Positions 1 through 14,606 are shown, numbered from the stretch's first letter. The stretch is DNA of 64,000 bases from an uncultured Lentisphaeria bacterium (GCA_964469505.1 CAYXZO010000001.1:37402-101401); one strand, 5' to 3'. The notes: generated from the sequence alone by a model not told the origin. A program made the numbers and translations.

Positions 1-694
1 CTTCCAGATACTTCTCCAGCAACTCATCGTCATACGCAGCGGCTTCCTCGATGAGTAGATGGCGATATTTCTGGACTATATCCACCATATCTTTTGGGAT
101 TTCACCATAATCGAAGCGGGCTCCCAGAGTACTCTCATTGTAGAGGATGGACTTCATCAGCAGCAGGTCCACGATACCCGTGAACAACTCGCCCGAGCCG
201 ATAGGTAAAACAATGGGCACCGGATTGGCGCCCAGGCGTTTTTTCATCATGTCCAGCACATTGTAAAAATCGGCGCCCATCCGGTCCATCTTATTAACGA
301 AAGCAACGCGGGGGACGCCGTATTTATCGGCTTGGCGCCAAACGGTTTCACTCTGGGGCTCAACCCCGCCAACGGCACAGAATAAACCTACCGCACCATC
401 CAAAACCCGTAAGGAGCGTTCAACCTCGACGGTGAAATCCACGTGACCGGGAGTATCAATGATGTTGATTCGATGGCCAGCCCAGAAACAGGTCGTGGCA
501 GCAGAAGTAATTGTTATGCCCCGCTCCCGCTCCTGTTCCATCCAATCCATGGTGGCGGAACCCTCGTGCACCTCACCGATGCGGTGGGTCCTACCGGTAT
601 AGAAAAGGATGCGCTCGGTAGTAGTAGTTTTACCGGCATCAATGTGGGCCATGATGCCAATGTTGCGAACCTTATGTAGAGGAGTCGGTTTCAC
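1..694 (-). CDS. fusA: Elongation factor G, N-terminal part (5' partial; C-terminus lies beyond window start). GTG start at 692-694.
   Basis: Reverse-strand translation from GTG gives [71 protein letters not shown], the canonical EF-G G1 motif. AAGGAAG SD lies 6 nt upstream. It sits directly downstream of rpsG as in str operons. Confidence 0.9.
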   Translation of the reverse strand, partial: MKPTPLHKVRNIGIMAHIDAGKTTTTERILFYTGRTHRIGEVHEGSATMDWMEQERERGITITSAATTCFWAGHRINIIDTPGHVDFTVEVERSLRVLDGAVGLFCAVGGVEPQSETVWRQADKYGVPRVAFVNKMDRMGADFYNVLDMMKKRLGANPVPIVLPIGSGELFTGIVDLLLMKSILYNESTLGARFDYGEIPKDMVDIVQKYRHLLIEEAAAYDDELLEKYLE

Positions 695-708
695 GGCTTC
701 CTTTTCTA

Positions 709-1173
709 TTACCTAAAATGAGCAAAAGCCTTGTTGGCTTCCGCCATCCGGTGAGTATCTTCACGTTTCTTAATGGCTCCGCCTTCATTATTAGCGGCCG
801 CAATCAGTTCGGCCGCTAATTTCTCCGCCATAGACCGCCCCGAACGGGCCTTGGCGTAGCTGATAATCCAGCGATAAGCAAGGGCATATCGTCGTTCTGG
901 CCGTACTTCCACCGGAACCTGGTAGGTGGCCCCACCGACACGCTTGGAACGCACCTCAATTACAGGAGCCACATTTTCCACCGCTTTCTTGAAGAATTCC
1001 AGGGGATCACTTTTGGTACGCTGCCTGATCCGTTCAAAAGCAGTGTAGACGATTCGTTCCGCTAAGCCCTTTTTGCCCCGGCGCATCACATAGTTGATGA
1101 ACTTGGCGACCATTACATCGTTGTAAACCGGATCCGGGGCGATTTTACGTTTTTCAGGTCGTTTTCTGCGCAT
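709..1173 (-). CDS. rpsG: 30S ribosomal protein S7
   Basis: 154-aa ORF with S7-like sequence (…[34 protein letters not shown]…). It lies 14 nt downstream of rpsL and 14 nt upstream of fusA. Confidence 0.95.
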   Translation of the reverse strand: MRRKRPEKRKIAPDPVYNDVMVAKFINYVMRRGKKGLAERIVYTAFERIRQRTKSDPLEFFKKAVENVAPVIEVRSKRVGGATYQVPVEVRPERRYALAYRWIISYAKARSGRSMAEKLAAELIAAANNEGGAIKKREDTHRMAEANKAFAHFR

Positions 1174-1187
1174 ATTCCTCTCGGCTA

Positions 1188-1565
1188 TTACTGCTGTTTA
1201 GGTCGCTTGGCTCCGTAGCGGGAACGACTGGTTCTACGCTGTTCCACTCCCGCTGCATCCAGGGTTCCACGGATTATGTGGTAACGCACGCCCGGCAGGT
1301 CTTTCACTCGCCCGCCCTCGATGAGGACGATGGAGTGTTCCTGCAAGTTATGGCCTTCCCCCGGAATGTAAGCGGTTACCTCGATTCCGTTGGTAAGACG
1401 CACTCTAGCCACCTTCCGCAGTGCGGAATTCGGTTTCTTCGGCGTTGTCGTATAAACACGTGTGCAAACCCCGCGTTTCTGGGGGTTACCTTTCAGGGCC
1501 GGGGCTTTCTTCTTCTTGGTAATGGAGCGTCGCCCCAGCCGCACTAACTGATTAATTGTCGGCAT
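1188..1565 (-). CDS. rpsL: 30S ribosomal protein S12. The listed ORF extends to 1592, but the MPTINQLVR start at 1565 is the conserved one.
   Basis: [13 protein letters not shown]…[58 protein letters not shown] is near-universal S12. GGGAG SD lies upstream of the internal ATG. Confidence 0.95.
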   Translation of the reverse strand: MPTINQLVRLGRRSITKKKKAPALKGNPQKRGVCTRVYTTTPKKPNSALRKVARVRLTNGIEVTAYIPGEGHNLQEHSIVLIEGGRVKDLPGVRYHIIRGTLDAAGVEQRRTSRSRYGAKRPKQQ

Positions 1566-1627
1566 GCGTTCTCCCTTTAAAAAAGCCGCCAATTATAATT
1601 TTCGGCACCTGGGCAGTCAAGGTCAAT

Positions 1628-5893
<4,266 letters not shown>

Positions 5894-5905
5894 GGGAGAT
5901 CCTCC

Positions 5906-8900
5906 CTACTTTAATTCCACGTCCAGCCCCAGGCCTTTCATTTCCCGGAGCAAAACATTGAATGATTCAGGTGTCCCGAAGTCGGGCATGTTATGGCCCT
6001 TCACTATGGCGTTATACACCTTGGAACGGCCTTCCACATCGTCCGACTTCACGGTGAGCATTTCCTGGAGAGTGTAGGCGGCGCCGTAGGCTTCTAGCGC
6101 CCATACTTCCATCTCACCGAAACGCTGCCCACCGAACTGAGCCTTACCACCCAACGGCTGCTGGGTGATGAGGGAATAAGGACCGGTGGAACGAGCGTGC
6201 ATTTTGTCATCCACCTGATGCACCAGTTTCATCATGTAGATCTCACCGTAAGCCACGGGACTCTGGATGAACTCACCGGTGCGGCCGTCGATCAGCTGAG
6301 CTTTGCCGGTTTCAGGCACTCCGGCCTTCTTCATCCATTCCAGAATCTCTTCATGAGTAGCCCCGTTGAACACCGGGGTTTCGAATTTCACGTTGAGAAG
6401 TTTACCTACCCATCCCAGCATAGTTTCATACAACTGCCCCAGGTTCATTCGGGAAGGTACCCCCAAGGGATTCAGGACGATATCCACCGGTTTGCCATCG
6501 GGAGTGAAGGGCATATCCTCTTCAGGCACGATGGCCGCCACTACACCTTTGTTACCGTGGCGTCCAGCCATTTTGTCACCTACCCGAATCCGACGCTTGG
6601 TGGCGATTTGAACCTTAGCCAGCTTGATCACGCCGGGTTGCAGATCATCACCGACCTTGATCTTGTAAACTTCATTTTCGTAACGCTGATCAATTTTCAG
6701 ACGCAGACGCTGATAATTATCCAGCAGTTTTACTACCTTGCCGTTGATTTCGTCATCTTCGCAGATGGGATGCTCCAGATCGACCCGGTCCCAATTAACG
6801 TGGGCAATATGCTCCTTGGTGAGCACAGTACCTTTCTCGATCTGAACCCGGCCGCCAGTATCCTGAATGCCGGCGCTGATCTGCCCTTGGAGCAGGGAAT
6901 TGAGCTTCTCATTGCGTCGTTTGGTCAGTGAAGCTTTTTCCTGCTGGACTTTTTGTTTCAGTTGTTCCAGCAGCTTCTTCTCTTCATCCCGGGATTGACG
7001 ACCTTTTCGAGTGTAGAGCTCGGTTTTGATAACCACTCCGCTCATACCCGGTTCAGCCCGTTTGGAAGCATCCTTAACATCCCCGGCTTTTTCTCCGAAG
7101 ATAGCTTTGAGCAGCTTCTCTTCCGGTGTGGGATCGGTTTCACCTTTAGGTGTTACCTTACCGATAAGAATATCATTGGGCTTGACTTCCGCACCGATAC
7201 GGATGATGCCATCTTCCGTGAGGTTTCGGGTGGCTTCCTCTGAGACGTTTGGGATATCCCGGGTCAGTTCCTCTTCACCCCGCTTGGTCTCACGTACTTC
7301 CAGCTCCACTTGTTTAATGTGAATGCTGGTGAAGACGTCATCTTTCAGGATACGTTCGGAAAGAACAATGGCGTCCTCGAAATTGAGACCCCGCCAGGGC
7401 ATGAAGGCCACCGTTACGTTGCGTCCCAAGGCCAGCTCACCCTGGGCCGTGCTCATCCCGTCAGCCAGTATGTCACCCGGATTGACTTTCTGACCCGCTT
7501 TAACTACCGGACGCTGATTAATGCAAGTGTCCTGGTTGCTGCGGACGAATTTTTTCAGCTTATAACGAACGATTCCGGGTTCTTCTTCCAGGGAAGTGGC
7601 TTCGTCGATGCGCTGACTCACCTTGATAACGATCTCGTCGGCGCTTACGCTCTTAACTACGCCCTTGACATCGGAAATCACTAACGCCTTTGAATCCCGA
7701 GCCACAATCCGCTCGAAACCGGTGCCAACTATAGGCGGCTCGGGCCACAATAACGGAACAGCCTGCCGCTGCATGTTGGAGCCCATTAGGGCCCGGTTGG
7801 CGTCGTCGTTTTCCAAGAAGGGGATGCAGGCTGCTGCCGCCGAAACGATTTGCAGAGGCGAAACGTCCATGTAATCCACTTCGGTAGCGGGAACCATGGG
7901 GAAGTCACCTCTGATACGTACCTGTATGCGGTCATCCGTGAAATGCCCATCTTCCGACAGGGGTGTATTAGCCTGGGCAATTTTCAGGCGATCTTCGTCA
8001 TCGGCGGAAAGGTATTGGATTTTCTTGGTAACCCGTGCTTTACCGTTGCTCACCACCACTTTACGGTAGGGAGTTTCGATAAAGCCCAGCCGGTTGATTT
8101 TGGCGTAAGTGGAAAGGGAAGAAATCAAACCGATGTTGGGACCTTCCGGTGTCTCGATGGGACACAGACGTCCATAGTGCGTGTAGTGCACGTCACGCAC
8201 TTCGAAACCGGCCCGCTCACGGGTCAGGGCCCCCGGCCCCAGGGATGAAAGACGACGTTTATGGGTTATTTCCGCCAAGGGATTGGTTTGATCCAAGAAC
8301 TGGGAAAGCTGATTGGTACCAAAAAAGGAGTTGATGGCAGCGGTAATAATGCGCGAGTTGACTAGATCTACCGGCTTCAGCTTCTCAGTGTCACGACTAT
8401 TCATTCTTTCGCGGATAGTGCGGGACATCCGGGCCAGAGCCACGGAGAATTGGTTCCCCAATTGCTCACCCACTGTCCGCACCCGCCGATTACCCAGGTG
8501 ATCAATATCATCGGTTCCCCGGGTCCCTTTACGCATCTCGATGAGATACTCGGTGGTACGGATCAAATCTTCCGGTTGCAGGGTGAGCTGATCCAGCGGA
8601 ACGTTTACGCCGAACTTTTTGTTCATGCGGTAACGCCCCACCTCTCCCAGATCGTATTTCTTGGGATCGAAGAAGAGGCGGGCCAGGAATTTCTCAGCCA
8701 GATCCAGGTTCGGCGGTTCGCCGCCCCGCATTTCCGAATAGAACAGCCGCAACGCTTCGTTGGTGCTGGTAGTGGGATCTTTGGCCAGGGTGTTGCTGAG
8801 AAGCTCGTACTTCAGATCCTGTGGATCGGTGACTACCTGAACACCCGTAATCCCAGCCTTCTTGAGTTCGCGCACCTTTTCCCGGGTGAGCTTTTCACCG

Positions 8901-9679
8901 GCTTCCAATAGAACTTCGCCGGTTTCCTTATTCACCACATCCACTGGGACTTCAGTGTCGTAATACTTCTTCAGCCCCACATTGTCAGCCAGGCGCAGTT
9001 CTTTCAGGATTCCAAAAGCATTCAGAATATCTTCGTTGGAAGAGTATCCGATGGCTCGGAGTAACACGGTCAAGGGGAACTTGCGCCGACGGTCGATGAT
9101 GGCATAAATGGCATCGTGGATGTCGGTGGTAAGATCCAACCAGCTACCCCGGAAAGGTATAATCCGCGCCGAGTACAGCTTGGTTCCGTTGGGGTGGGTC
9201 TTCTGTTCGAAGAAAACTCCAGGAGAACGCTGGAGCTGTGAAACCACCACCCTTTCGGCTCCGTTGATGATGAAGGAGCCTTTGGGGGTCATATATGGAA
9301 TATTACCAAAGAATATATCTTCCTCGATATGGTCCACCCATTTACCGGGTTGACCTTCCTCGGAAACATGCAGAATCAGCTTAACCTTCAGGGGCACAGA
9401 GTAGGTCACGCCCCGTTCCAGGCATTCTTCGATGGAATAGCGCGGTATCCCCAGAGAGTAGGAAACATACTCCAAAAGGTAGTTACCGTGGCTGTCCTCA
9501 ACGGGAAATACGGACTGGAAAATAGCTTCCAGACCTTTATTTTCCCGCAGCCGGGGGGGTACGTCTTCTTGTAAAAACTCCCGCCAAGAATCCAACTGGA
9601 CATGGAGCAGCGGGGGCAGCTCCAGTCCCGGATCTACTTTAGCGAAAGAGTAGCGTTTTACTAGAGATGTGGGAGACAA
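5906..9679 (-). CDS. rpoB: DNA-directed RNA polymerase beta subunit (start codon TTG at 9677-9679)
   Basis: 1257-aa ORF with conserved rpoB blocks (…GPGALTRERAGFEVRDVHYTHYGRLCPIETPEGPNIGLI…, …GEMEVWALEAYGAAYTLQEML…). GGAGGTG lies 7 nt upstream of the TTG. Confidence 0.96.
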   Translation of the reverse strand: MSPTSLVKRYSFAKVDPGLELPPLLHVQLDSWREFLQEDVPPRLRENKGLEAIFQSVFPVEDSHGNYLLEYVSYSLGIPRYSIEECLERGVTYSVPLKVKLILHVSEEGQPGKWVDHIEEDIFFGNIPYMTPKGSFIINGAERVVVSQLQRSPGVFFEQKTHPNGTKLYSARIIPFRGSWLDLTTDIHDAIYAIIDRRRKFPLTVLLRAIGYSSNEDILNAFGILKELRLADNVGLKKYYDTEVPVDVVNKETGEVLLEAGEKLTREKVRELKKAGITGVQVVTDPQDLKYELLSNTLAKDPTTSTNEALRLFYSEMRGGEPPNLDLAEKFLARLFFDPKKYDLGEVGRYRMNKKFGVNVPLDQLTLQPEDLIRTTEYLIEMRKGTRGTDDIDHLGNRRVRTVGEQLGNQFSVALARMSRTIRERMNSRDTEKLKPVDLVNSRIITAAINSFFGTNQLSQFLDQTNPLAEITHKRRLSSLGPGALTRERAGFEVRDVHYTHYGRLCPIETPEGPNIGLISSLSTYAKINRLGFIETPYRKVVVSNGKARVTKKIQYLSADDEDRLKIAQANTPLSEDGHFTDDRIQVRIRGDFPMVPATEVDYMDVSPLQIVSAAAACIPFLENDDANRALMGSNMQRQAVPLLWPEPPIVGTGFERIVARDSKALVISDVKGVVKSVSADEIVIKVSQRIDEATSLEEEPGIVRYKLKKFVRSNQDTCINQRPVVKAGQKVNPGDILADGMSTAQGELALGRNVTVAFMPWRGLNFEDAIVLSERILKDDVFTSIHIKQVELEVRETKRGEEELTRDIPNVSEEATRNLTEDGIIRIGAEVKPNDILIGKVTPKGETDPTPEEKLLKAIFGEKAGDVKDASKRAEPGMSGVVIKTELYTRKGRQSRDEEKKLLEQLKQKVQQEKASLTKRRNEKLNSLLQGQISAGIQDTGGRVQIEKGTVLTKEHIAHVNWDRVDLEHPICEDDEINGKVVKLLDNYQRLRLKIDQRYENEVYKIKVGDDLQPGVIKLAKVQIATKRRIRVGDKMAGRHGNKGVVAAIVPEEDMPFTPDGKPVDIVLNPLGVPSRMNLGQLYETMLGWVGKLLNVKFETPVFNGATHEEILEWMKKAGVPETGKAQLIDGRTGEFIQSPVAYGEIYMMKLVHQVDDKMHARSTGPYSLITQQPLGGKAQFGGQRFGEMEVWALEAYGAAYTLQEMLTVKSDDVEGRSKVYNAIVKGHNMPDFGTPESFNVLLREMKGLGLDVELK

Positions 9680-9711
9680 AGGACACCTCCGTTTTTAAGG
9701 TTGCAATTGTA

Positions 9712-9745
9712 CATAATCCCGCCCAGCAAGCTCGGCGGGATTATG
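9712..9745 (-). promoter_or_regulatory. Perfect 12-bp-stem hairpin (cataatcccgcc / ggcgggattatg, 10-nt loop) in the rplL-rpoB spacer. Candidate attenuator or RNase III processing site.
   Basis: The inverted repeat is read directly from the sequence. Its position matches the known rplL-rpoB attenuator region of other bacteria. No U-tract follows it. Confidence 0.4.
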
Positions 9746-9767
9746 CCCAACGTGTCGTTCGGGGTGT

Positions 9768-10145
9768 TTACTTGATGGAAACAGTGGCTCCCGCTTCTTC
9801 CAGTTTTTTCTTGAGCTCTTCCGCTTCGGCTTTGGAAACCCCTTCTTTGACTTTGTTGGGAGCGTTGTCCACCAGAGCCTTAGCTTCTTTGAGCCCCAGA
9901 TCGGTGACCTGTCTGACCACTTTGATGACGTTAATCTTCTTATCGCCCGCAGATTCCAGAATTACGTCGAATTCGGTCTTTTCTTCCGCTTCCTCAGCCG
10001 GGCCGGCAGTGGCGGCGGCGGCCACAGCTACTGGAGCGGCGGCGGTCACACCGAACTTCTCTTCGATAGCGGAAACCAGGTCTGAAATCTCCAGCATGGT
10101 AGCTTTTTCAAGATAAGTTAGGATGTCTTCCTGGGTTATTGCCAT
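9768..10145 (-). CDS. rplL: 50S ribosomal protein L7/L12
   Basis: 125 aa with an Ala/Val-rich hinge ([22 protein letters not shown]) and a conserved C-terminal domain (…[51 protein letters not shown]). Confidence 0.95.
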   Translation of the reverse strand: MAITQEDILTYLEKATMLEISDLVSAIEEKFGVTAAAPVAVAAAATAGPAEEAEEKTEFDVILESAGDKKINVIKVVRQVTDLGLKEAKALVDNAPNKVKEGVSKAEAEELKKKLEEAGATVSIK

Positions 10146-10166
10146 GAGTACCTATCCTCCTGGATG

Positions 10167-10694
10167 TTAGTTACGTTTTTCCTGCAATTGATGTAAGACG
10201 TTCACCAGGTTACGCATGGGGGCTTGGAGCACTCCCACCAGATTTTGCATTGGTGCCTGCAGCACCCGGGCGAACATGCCTAAAAGCACTTCCCGCGGCG
10301 GCAGATTGGCCAATCGTTCAAAATCTTCACCTGGCAGGCGACGTCCTTCAATTACTAATCCTTTGACGGCTGGGAGTTTTTTCTCTTTTCCCTCAGCTTT
10401 TAAAAATTCTTTGAGTATCCTTGCAGGGGCAGTGGGTTCATCATACCCCAGGGCAATGGCAGTGGGCCCTTGGAGAATATCGCTCAAATCACCCAGCCCT
10501 ACTTCTTTAGCAGCAATGGCAGTCAGCGTGTTTTTTACCACCCGGTATTCAACTCCGGCTTCATGGAGGCGGCGGCGCAGAATGTTGATCTCATCCACCG
10601 TAAGTCCCATGTAATCGGTGAAATAGATCCCCGCCGCTTCCTCGAGCTTGGTGGTTAATTCTTGTACCTGGGCGACGTTTTTCTTGTTCGGCAT
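10167..10694 (-). CDS. rplJ: 50S ribosomal protein L10
   Basis: 175-aa ORF between rplA and rplL with L10-like sequence. It starts only 15 nt after the rplA stop. Confidence 0.92.
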   Translation of the reverse strand: MPNKKNVAQVQELTTKLEEAAGIYFTDYMGLTVDEINILRRRLHEAGVEYRVVKNTLTAIAAKEVGLGDLSDILQGPTAIALGYDEPTAPARILKEFLKAEGKEKKLPAVKGLVIEGRRLPGEDFERLANLPPREVLLGMFARVLQAPMQNLVGVLQAPMRNLVNVLHQLQEKRN

Positions 10695-10709
10695 GTTATC
10701 CTCGTCTCA

Positions 10710-11417
10710 TCACCGTTGCGCAGTTACCGTGGAGCGATCAATTCGAATCCCGGGCCCCATACTGGAGCTCAAGGTAATCCGCTTCAGATACTGACCCTTA
10801 GCCGTGGCCGGCTTTAACGCCAATAGCGTTTGAACCAGTGCCTGGGCATTCTCCATCAGCTTTTGTTCATCGAAAGAGGCCTTGCCAATGATGGTGTGGA
10901 CCACACCGTGACGATCGGTGCGAAATTCGACCCGACCTGCTTTGCTGAGCCGCACCGCTTCCGCCACATTATTGGTAACTGTACCGCTCTTGGGGTTGGG
11001 CATCAAACCCCGCGGCCCCAGGATGCGCCCCAGCTTTCCCACCTCCGGCATGCTATCGGGGGTGGTAATTACCACATCGACATCGGTCCAACCCTGTTTG
11101 ATTTTCTCGATATACTCTTCGAAGCCCACGTAATCAGCACCTGCTTCGCGAGCCTCATCGGCCTTAGGACCTTTAGCCAGGACCAGTACCCGCACTGGCT
11201 TGCCGGTTCCATGGGGCAGGGTGACGGCCCCTCGCACCATCTGGTCTGAATGACGGGGATTCACCCCCAAGTTAACAGCCATTTCGACAGTTTCGTCAAA
11301 ATTGGCGTTGGCACATTCTTTTACCAGGCGCAGGCCCTCGAGCAAGGGATACTCTTTGGTACGATTGATTTTCTGCAGTAGTTCACGCATTCTCCGCGAG
11401 CGTTTCATCCGCGCCAA
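10710..11417 (-). CDS. rplA: 50S ribosomal protein L1
   Basis: …[40 protein letters not shown]… matches the L1 family. It starts 6 nt after rplK. Confidence 0.93.
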   Translation of the reverse strand: MARMKRSRRMRELLQKINRTKEYPLLEGLRLVKECANANFDETVEMAVNLGVNPRHSDQMVRGAVTLPHGTGKPVRVLVLAKGPKADEAREAGADYVGFEEYIEKIKQGWTDVDVVITTPDSMPEVGKLGRILGPRGLMPNPKSGTVTNNVAEAVRLSKAGRVEFRTDRHGVVHTIIGKASFDEQKLMENAQALVQTLLALKPATAKGQYLKRITLSSSMGPGIRIDRSTVTAQR

Positions 11418-11423
11418 ACCTCC

Positions 11424-11849
11424 TTATTCCACCACTGTCAAGCCCATGCTCCGGGCGGTGCCTTCGATAATGCGCATGGCTTGCTCCAGAGTGTGGGCGT
11501 TCAAATCGGGCCGCTTTATGGTGGCGATTTCCTTAATCTGCTCTTTGGTTACTTTGCCGACTTTTTCCGAGTTAGGTGTGGCCGAACCTTTTTCTATCCC
11601 GGCCGCTTTTTTCAGTAACACCGCCGCTGGGGGCGTCTTGGTGATGAAACTGAAAGAGCGATCAGCGTAAACCGTAATGACCACCGGAATTATGAGCCCC
11701 TGATCTTTAGCGGTCCGGGCATTAAAAGCTTTACAAAACTCCATGATATTCACCCCTGCCTGTCCTAATGCAGGACCAACCGGTGGTGAAGGGTTAGCCC
11801 CACCAGCAGGGATCTGAAGCTTAATCTGAGTTACGACCTTTTTCGCCAT
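11424..11849 (-). CDS. rplK: 50S ribosomal protein L11
   Basis: [44 protein letters not shown]… is the canonical L11 N-terminus. Confidence 0.95.
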   Translation of the reverse strand: MAKKVVTQIKLQIPAGGANPSPPVGPALGQAGVNIMEFCKAFNARTAKDQGLIIPVVITVYADRSFSFITKTPPAAVLLKKAAGIEKGSATPNSEKVGKVTKEQIKEIATIKRPDLNAHTLEQAMRIIEGTARSMGLTVVE

Positions 11850-11864
11850 AATGCGACCTTCTAC

Positions 11865-12398
11865 TTACTTTTCCAATTCAACCTGGAGAAAATCCAGCTC
11901 CACCGGGGTAGGACGACCGAAGATGGAAACTTCCACCTTTACCTTCTGTTTGGTCTCGTCCACATCTTTGACAAACCCGGTGAAATCCACAAAGGGCCCA
12001 TCGATGATTTTAATGGGATCCCCAACTTTGAAAGTGGTGCCGATAACTTCCCGACCGTCGCGCTGCTCCACTTCACCCAGAATCCGACGCATCTCCTCAT
12101 CTTTAAGGGGAGCCGGTTCACCCCGGGGACCGACAAATGAAATCACGCCGGGGATATTCTTAATGAGGTGCCGCGTAGTGGGAGTCAGCTCCATTTGGAT
12201 CATGATGTAGCCGGGAAAGAAAACCTTGTTACGGACGAACTTTTTGCCCCCCCGCATCTCAATTACGTTCTCAGAGGGCACCAGTACGTTGGGAATCTGG
12301 TCCTTAAGTCCCGCCAGCTCCGCTTCTTTCAGAATCAGATCGCGGACCTGTTTCTCTTTTCCCGACAAACAACGCAGACTATACCACTTCAAAGCCAT
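11865..12398 (-). CDS. nusG: Transcription termination/antitermination factor NusG
   Basis: 177 aa with an NGN domain and a C-terminal KOW (…FKVGDPIKIIDGPFVDFTGFVKDVD…). It lies between secE and rplK. Confidence 0.92.
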   Translation of the reverse strand: MALKWYSLRCLSGKEKQVRDLILKEAELAGLKDQIPNVLVPSENVIEMRGGKKFVRNKVFFPGYIMIQMELTPTTRHLIKNIPGVISFVGPRGEPAPLKDEEMRRILGEVEQRDGREVIGTTFKVGDPIKIIDGPFVDFTGFVKDVDETKQKVKVEVSIFGRPTPVELDFLQVELEK

Positions 12399-12399
12399 A

Positions 12400-12591
12400 T
12401 TAGCGTCCCATAATGAGATTTAATACCAGAGTGGAGAAGATTTTATCAAAGATGAACATAATCAGAGCCAACAGACCAGTAAGACCAAGCACGATCCACG
12501 TCGAGTTCTTTAGCTCCTCAAAAGTAGGCCAGGAGATCTTCTTGAACTCGAACTGCACTTCCTGAAAGAACGTCTGCAATTTTTTAATCAT
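12400..12591 (-). CDS. secE: Preprotein translocase subunit SecE
   Basis: 63-aa single-TM protein (…WIVLGLTGLLALIMFIFDKIF…) immediately upstream of nusG and after tRNA-Trp, the classic secE position. Confidence 0.85.
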   Translation of the reverse strand: MIKKLQTFFQEVQFEFKKISWPTFEELKNSTWIVLGLTGLLALIMFIFDKIFSTLVLNLIMGR

Positions 12592-12625
12592 GGCCGCTAA
12601 ACTCCACCCTTAAAACTGACTGTCG

Positions 12626-12698
<73 letters not shown>

Positions 12699-12714
12699 GT
12701 GCATGGCTGGAATG

Positions 12715-12879
12715 TCACTTGGTCTCTTTGAAGATGACGTGTTTGCGAGCAATAGGATCGTATTTCTTGTACTCCAGCCGTTGCGGATGCTTTTGTTTAT
12801 TCTTAGTAACTGTATATCGGTAGCCGGTTCCAGCCGTACTCTCGAGCTGCACGATTACCCGTTTGCTTTTTCCTGCCAC
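12715..12879 (-). CDS. rpmG: 50S ribosomal protein L33 (GTG start). Absent from the ORF track because it is under 60 aa.
   Basis: Hand translation gives [54 protein letters not shown], which matches L33 (…[27 protein letters not shown]…). It lies between tuf and tRNA-Trp as in many genomes. Confidence 0.85.
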   Translation of the reverse strand: MAGKSKRVIVQLESTAGTGYRYTVTKNKQKHPQRLEYKKYDPIARKHVIFKETK

Positions 12880-12894
12880 AGCTCAAGCCCTCGT

Positions 12895-14088
12895 TTATTC
12901 CAGTATTTCAGTAACAACGCCGGCCCCCACGGTGTGACCGCCTTCACGAATGGCGAAACGCAGTTCTTTCTCCATCGCCACCGGCGCTATCAACTCCACC
13001 GTCAGGTTTACATTATCTCCCGGCATCACCATCTTGACATCTTCCGGCAACTCTACCACACCCGTCACATCCGTGGTCCGAAAATAAAACTGCGGCCGAT
13101 ATCCATTGAAAAACGGCGTGTGACGACCACCTTCCTCTTTCTTCAAGATGTACACCTCGGCCTTGAACTTCTTGTGCGGCTTCACACTACCAGGCTTGGC
13201 AACCACCATCCCGCGACGCAACCAATCCTTATCTATACCACGCAACAATAATCCCACATTGTCGCCTGCCTGACCAGTGTCCAAAATCTTCCGGAACATC
13301 TCCACTCCCGTCACCACAGTCTTCTTCGGCTCCGGAACTAAACCAACTATCTCTACCTCATCACCAACCTTGATAATTCCACGCTCAATTCGACCTGTAC
13401 CTACTGTACCACGACCCGTAATACTGAACACATCCTCAACCGGCATCAAAAACGGCTTGTCAATGTCACGTACTGGCTCCGGTATGTAATTGTCGATCGC
13501 ATCCAACAACTCCTGAATGCTCTTCGTCTTCTCCGGATCTTCCGGATGCTGCAACGCTTCCAACGCACTACCACGAATTACCGGTACTTCATCACCAGGA
13601 AACTCATACTCATTCAACAAATCCCGCAACTCCATCTCCACCAAGTCCAACAACTCCGGATCATCAACCTGATCAACCTTGTTCATATATACCACTATCG
13701 ATGGCACATTCACCTGACGCGCCAACAACACGTGCTCACGGGTCTGAGGCATCGCTCCATCAGCCGCACTCACCACCAGTATCGCCCCGTCCATCTGGGC
13801 CGCACCCGTGATCATGTTCTTGATGTAGTCCGCGTGACCAGGACAGTCCACGTGGGCGTAATGACGCTTGTCCGTCTCATACTCCACATGGGCCGTCGCT
13901 ATCGTAATTCCCCGCTCACGCTCCTCCGGCGCATTGTCTATCGAATCAAACGAACGAAACTCACTCAATCCTTTCCGCGACAAATAAGCCGTGATCGCCG
14001 CCGTCAACGTCGTCTTACCGTGGTCCACATGACCAATCGTCCCTACGTTTACATGCGGCTTCGTCCGCTCAAATTTCTCTTTTGCCAT
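12895..14088 (-). CDS. tuf: Elongation factor Tu
   Basis: 397 aa beginning [33 protein letters not shown]…, with DCPGHADY and NKVD motifs. Confidence 0.97.
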   Translation of the reverse strand: MAKEKFERTKPHVNVGTIGHVDHGKTTLTAAITAYLSRKGLSEFRSFDSIDNAPEERERGITIATAHVEYETDKRHYAHVDCPGHADYIKNMITGAAQMDGAILVVSAADGAMPQTREHVLLARQVNVPSIVVYMNKVDQVDDPELLDLVEMELRDLLNEYEFPGDEVPVIRGSALEALQHPEDPEKTKSIQELLDAIDNYIPEPVRDIDKPFLMPVEDVFSITGRGTVGTGRIERGIIKVGDEVEIVGLVPEPKKTVVTGVEMFRKILDTGQAGDNVGLLLRGIDKDWLRRGMVVAKPGSVKPHKKFKAEVYILKKEEGGRHTPFFNGYRPQFYFRTTDVTGVVELPEDVKMVMPGDNVNLTVELIAPVAMEKELRFAIREGGHTVGAGVVTEILE

Positions 14089-14137
14089 CAGTATCCTCCA
14101 TTCAACCTAGTTGTGTTCAAACCCGGGTGGGGAGTAG

Positions 14138-14210
14138 AGCTCGGGAGCGGACTTGAACCGCCGACCTTCTCCTTACCAAGGAGGTGCTCTACCGACTGAG
14201 CTACCCGAGC
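14138..14210 (-). tRNA. tRNA-Thr (anticodon GGT)
   Basis: The reverse complement reads GCTCGGGTAGCTCAGTCGGTAGAGCACCTCCTTGGTAAGGAGAAGGTCGGCGGTTCAAGTCCGCTCCCGAGCT. The acceptor stem is GCTCGGG/CCCGAGC. It sits 49 nt upstream of tuf. Confidence 0.85.
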
Positions 14211-14257
14211 ACAAGGGACAATGAAAATGCCCCGGAACGGGGCAACACACTGTCCGT

Positions 14258-14331
14258 TGGAGCGGGTGATGAGAATCGAACTCACATCACCAGCTTGGAA
14301 GGCTGGGGTTCTACCATTGAACTACACCCGC
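14258..14331 (-). tRNA. tRNA-Gly (anticodon TCC), CCA encoded
   Basis: The reverse complement reads GCGGGTGTAGTTCAATGGTAGAACCCCAGCCTTCCAAGCTGGTGATGTGAGTTCGATTCTCATCACCCGCTCCA. Confidence 0.85.
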
Positions 14332-14381
14332 GGGTTCCAACAGCAATTTGGTATTGCCTCCCCACCATTGTAAAAAAGCTG

Positions 14382-14465
14382 TGGGCCGGGATGGATTCGA
14401 ACCACCGTACCCATTACGGGAGCAGATTTACAGTCTGCCGCCTTTAACCACTCGGCCACCGACCC
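14382..14465 (-). tRNA. tRNA-Tyr (anticodon GTA), long variable arm
   Basis: The reverse complement reads GGGTCGGTGGCCGAGTGGTTAAAGGCGGCAGACTGTAAATCTGCTCCCGTAATGGGTACGGTGGTTCGAATCCATCCCGGCCCA. It has a class II variable arm and a GGTTCGAATCC T-arm. Confidence 0.8.
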
Positions 14466-14475
14466 AGTTCCCAGG

Positions 14476-14548
14476 AGCCAAGGAAGGGACTCGAACCCCC
14501 GACCGGCGGTTTACAAAACCGCTGCTCTACCAACTGAGCTACCTTGGC
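14476..14548 (-). tRNA. tRNA-Thr (anticodon TGT)
   Basis: The reverse complement reads GCCAAGGTAGCTCAGTTGGTAGAGCAGCGGTTTTGTAAACCGCCGGTCGGGGGTTCGAGTCCCTTCCTTGGCT. Confidence 0.85.
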
Positions 14549-14570
14549 CGACTCTGTTAAAAAGCCGCAG

Positions 14571-14606
14571 AATTTAACTTTCACTATCTGGAAGGCAACA
14601 TTTTTT
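14571..14606 (-). promoter_or_regulatory. Candidate sigma-70-type promoter for the tRNA-tuf operon (TTGCCT-N16-TAAATT), with an upstream A-tract
   Basis: The minus-strand sequence is …gcgaaaaaatgTTGCCTtccagatagtgaaagtTAAATTctgcggctttttaacagagtcg, followed by tRNA-Thr(TGT). This is a pattern match only. Confidence 0.3.

Noticed and set aside
6197-6931. 244-aa plus-strand ORF (and many others, e.g. 3839-4408, 4739-5134, 7850-8248, 8450-8911) antisense to rpoB/rpoC
   Set aside because: They lie entirely antisense within highly conserved RNAP genes. They are typical GC-rich shadow ORFs with no recognisable protein features.
10695-10709. L10 (rplJ) leader and L1 leader
   Set aside because: The spacers are only about 15 nt, so there is no room for these structured leaders at their canonical positions.
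12703-13251. 182-aa plus-strand ORF
   Set aside because: It is antisense to rpmG and tuf. The true gene here is minus-strand L33.
14088-14560. ORF-track entries 14088-14285(-), 14184-14447(+), 14348-14560(+)
   Set aside because: They overlap four well-formed tRNA genes. Their sequences are tRNA-derived, not coding.
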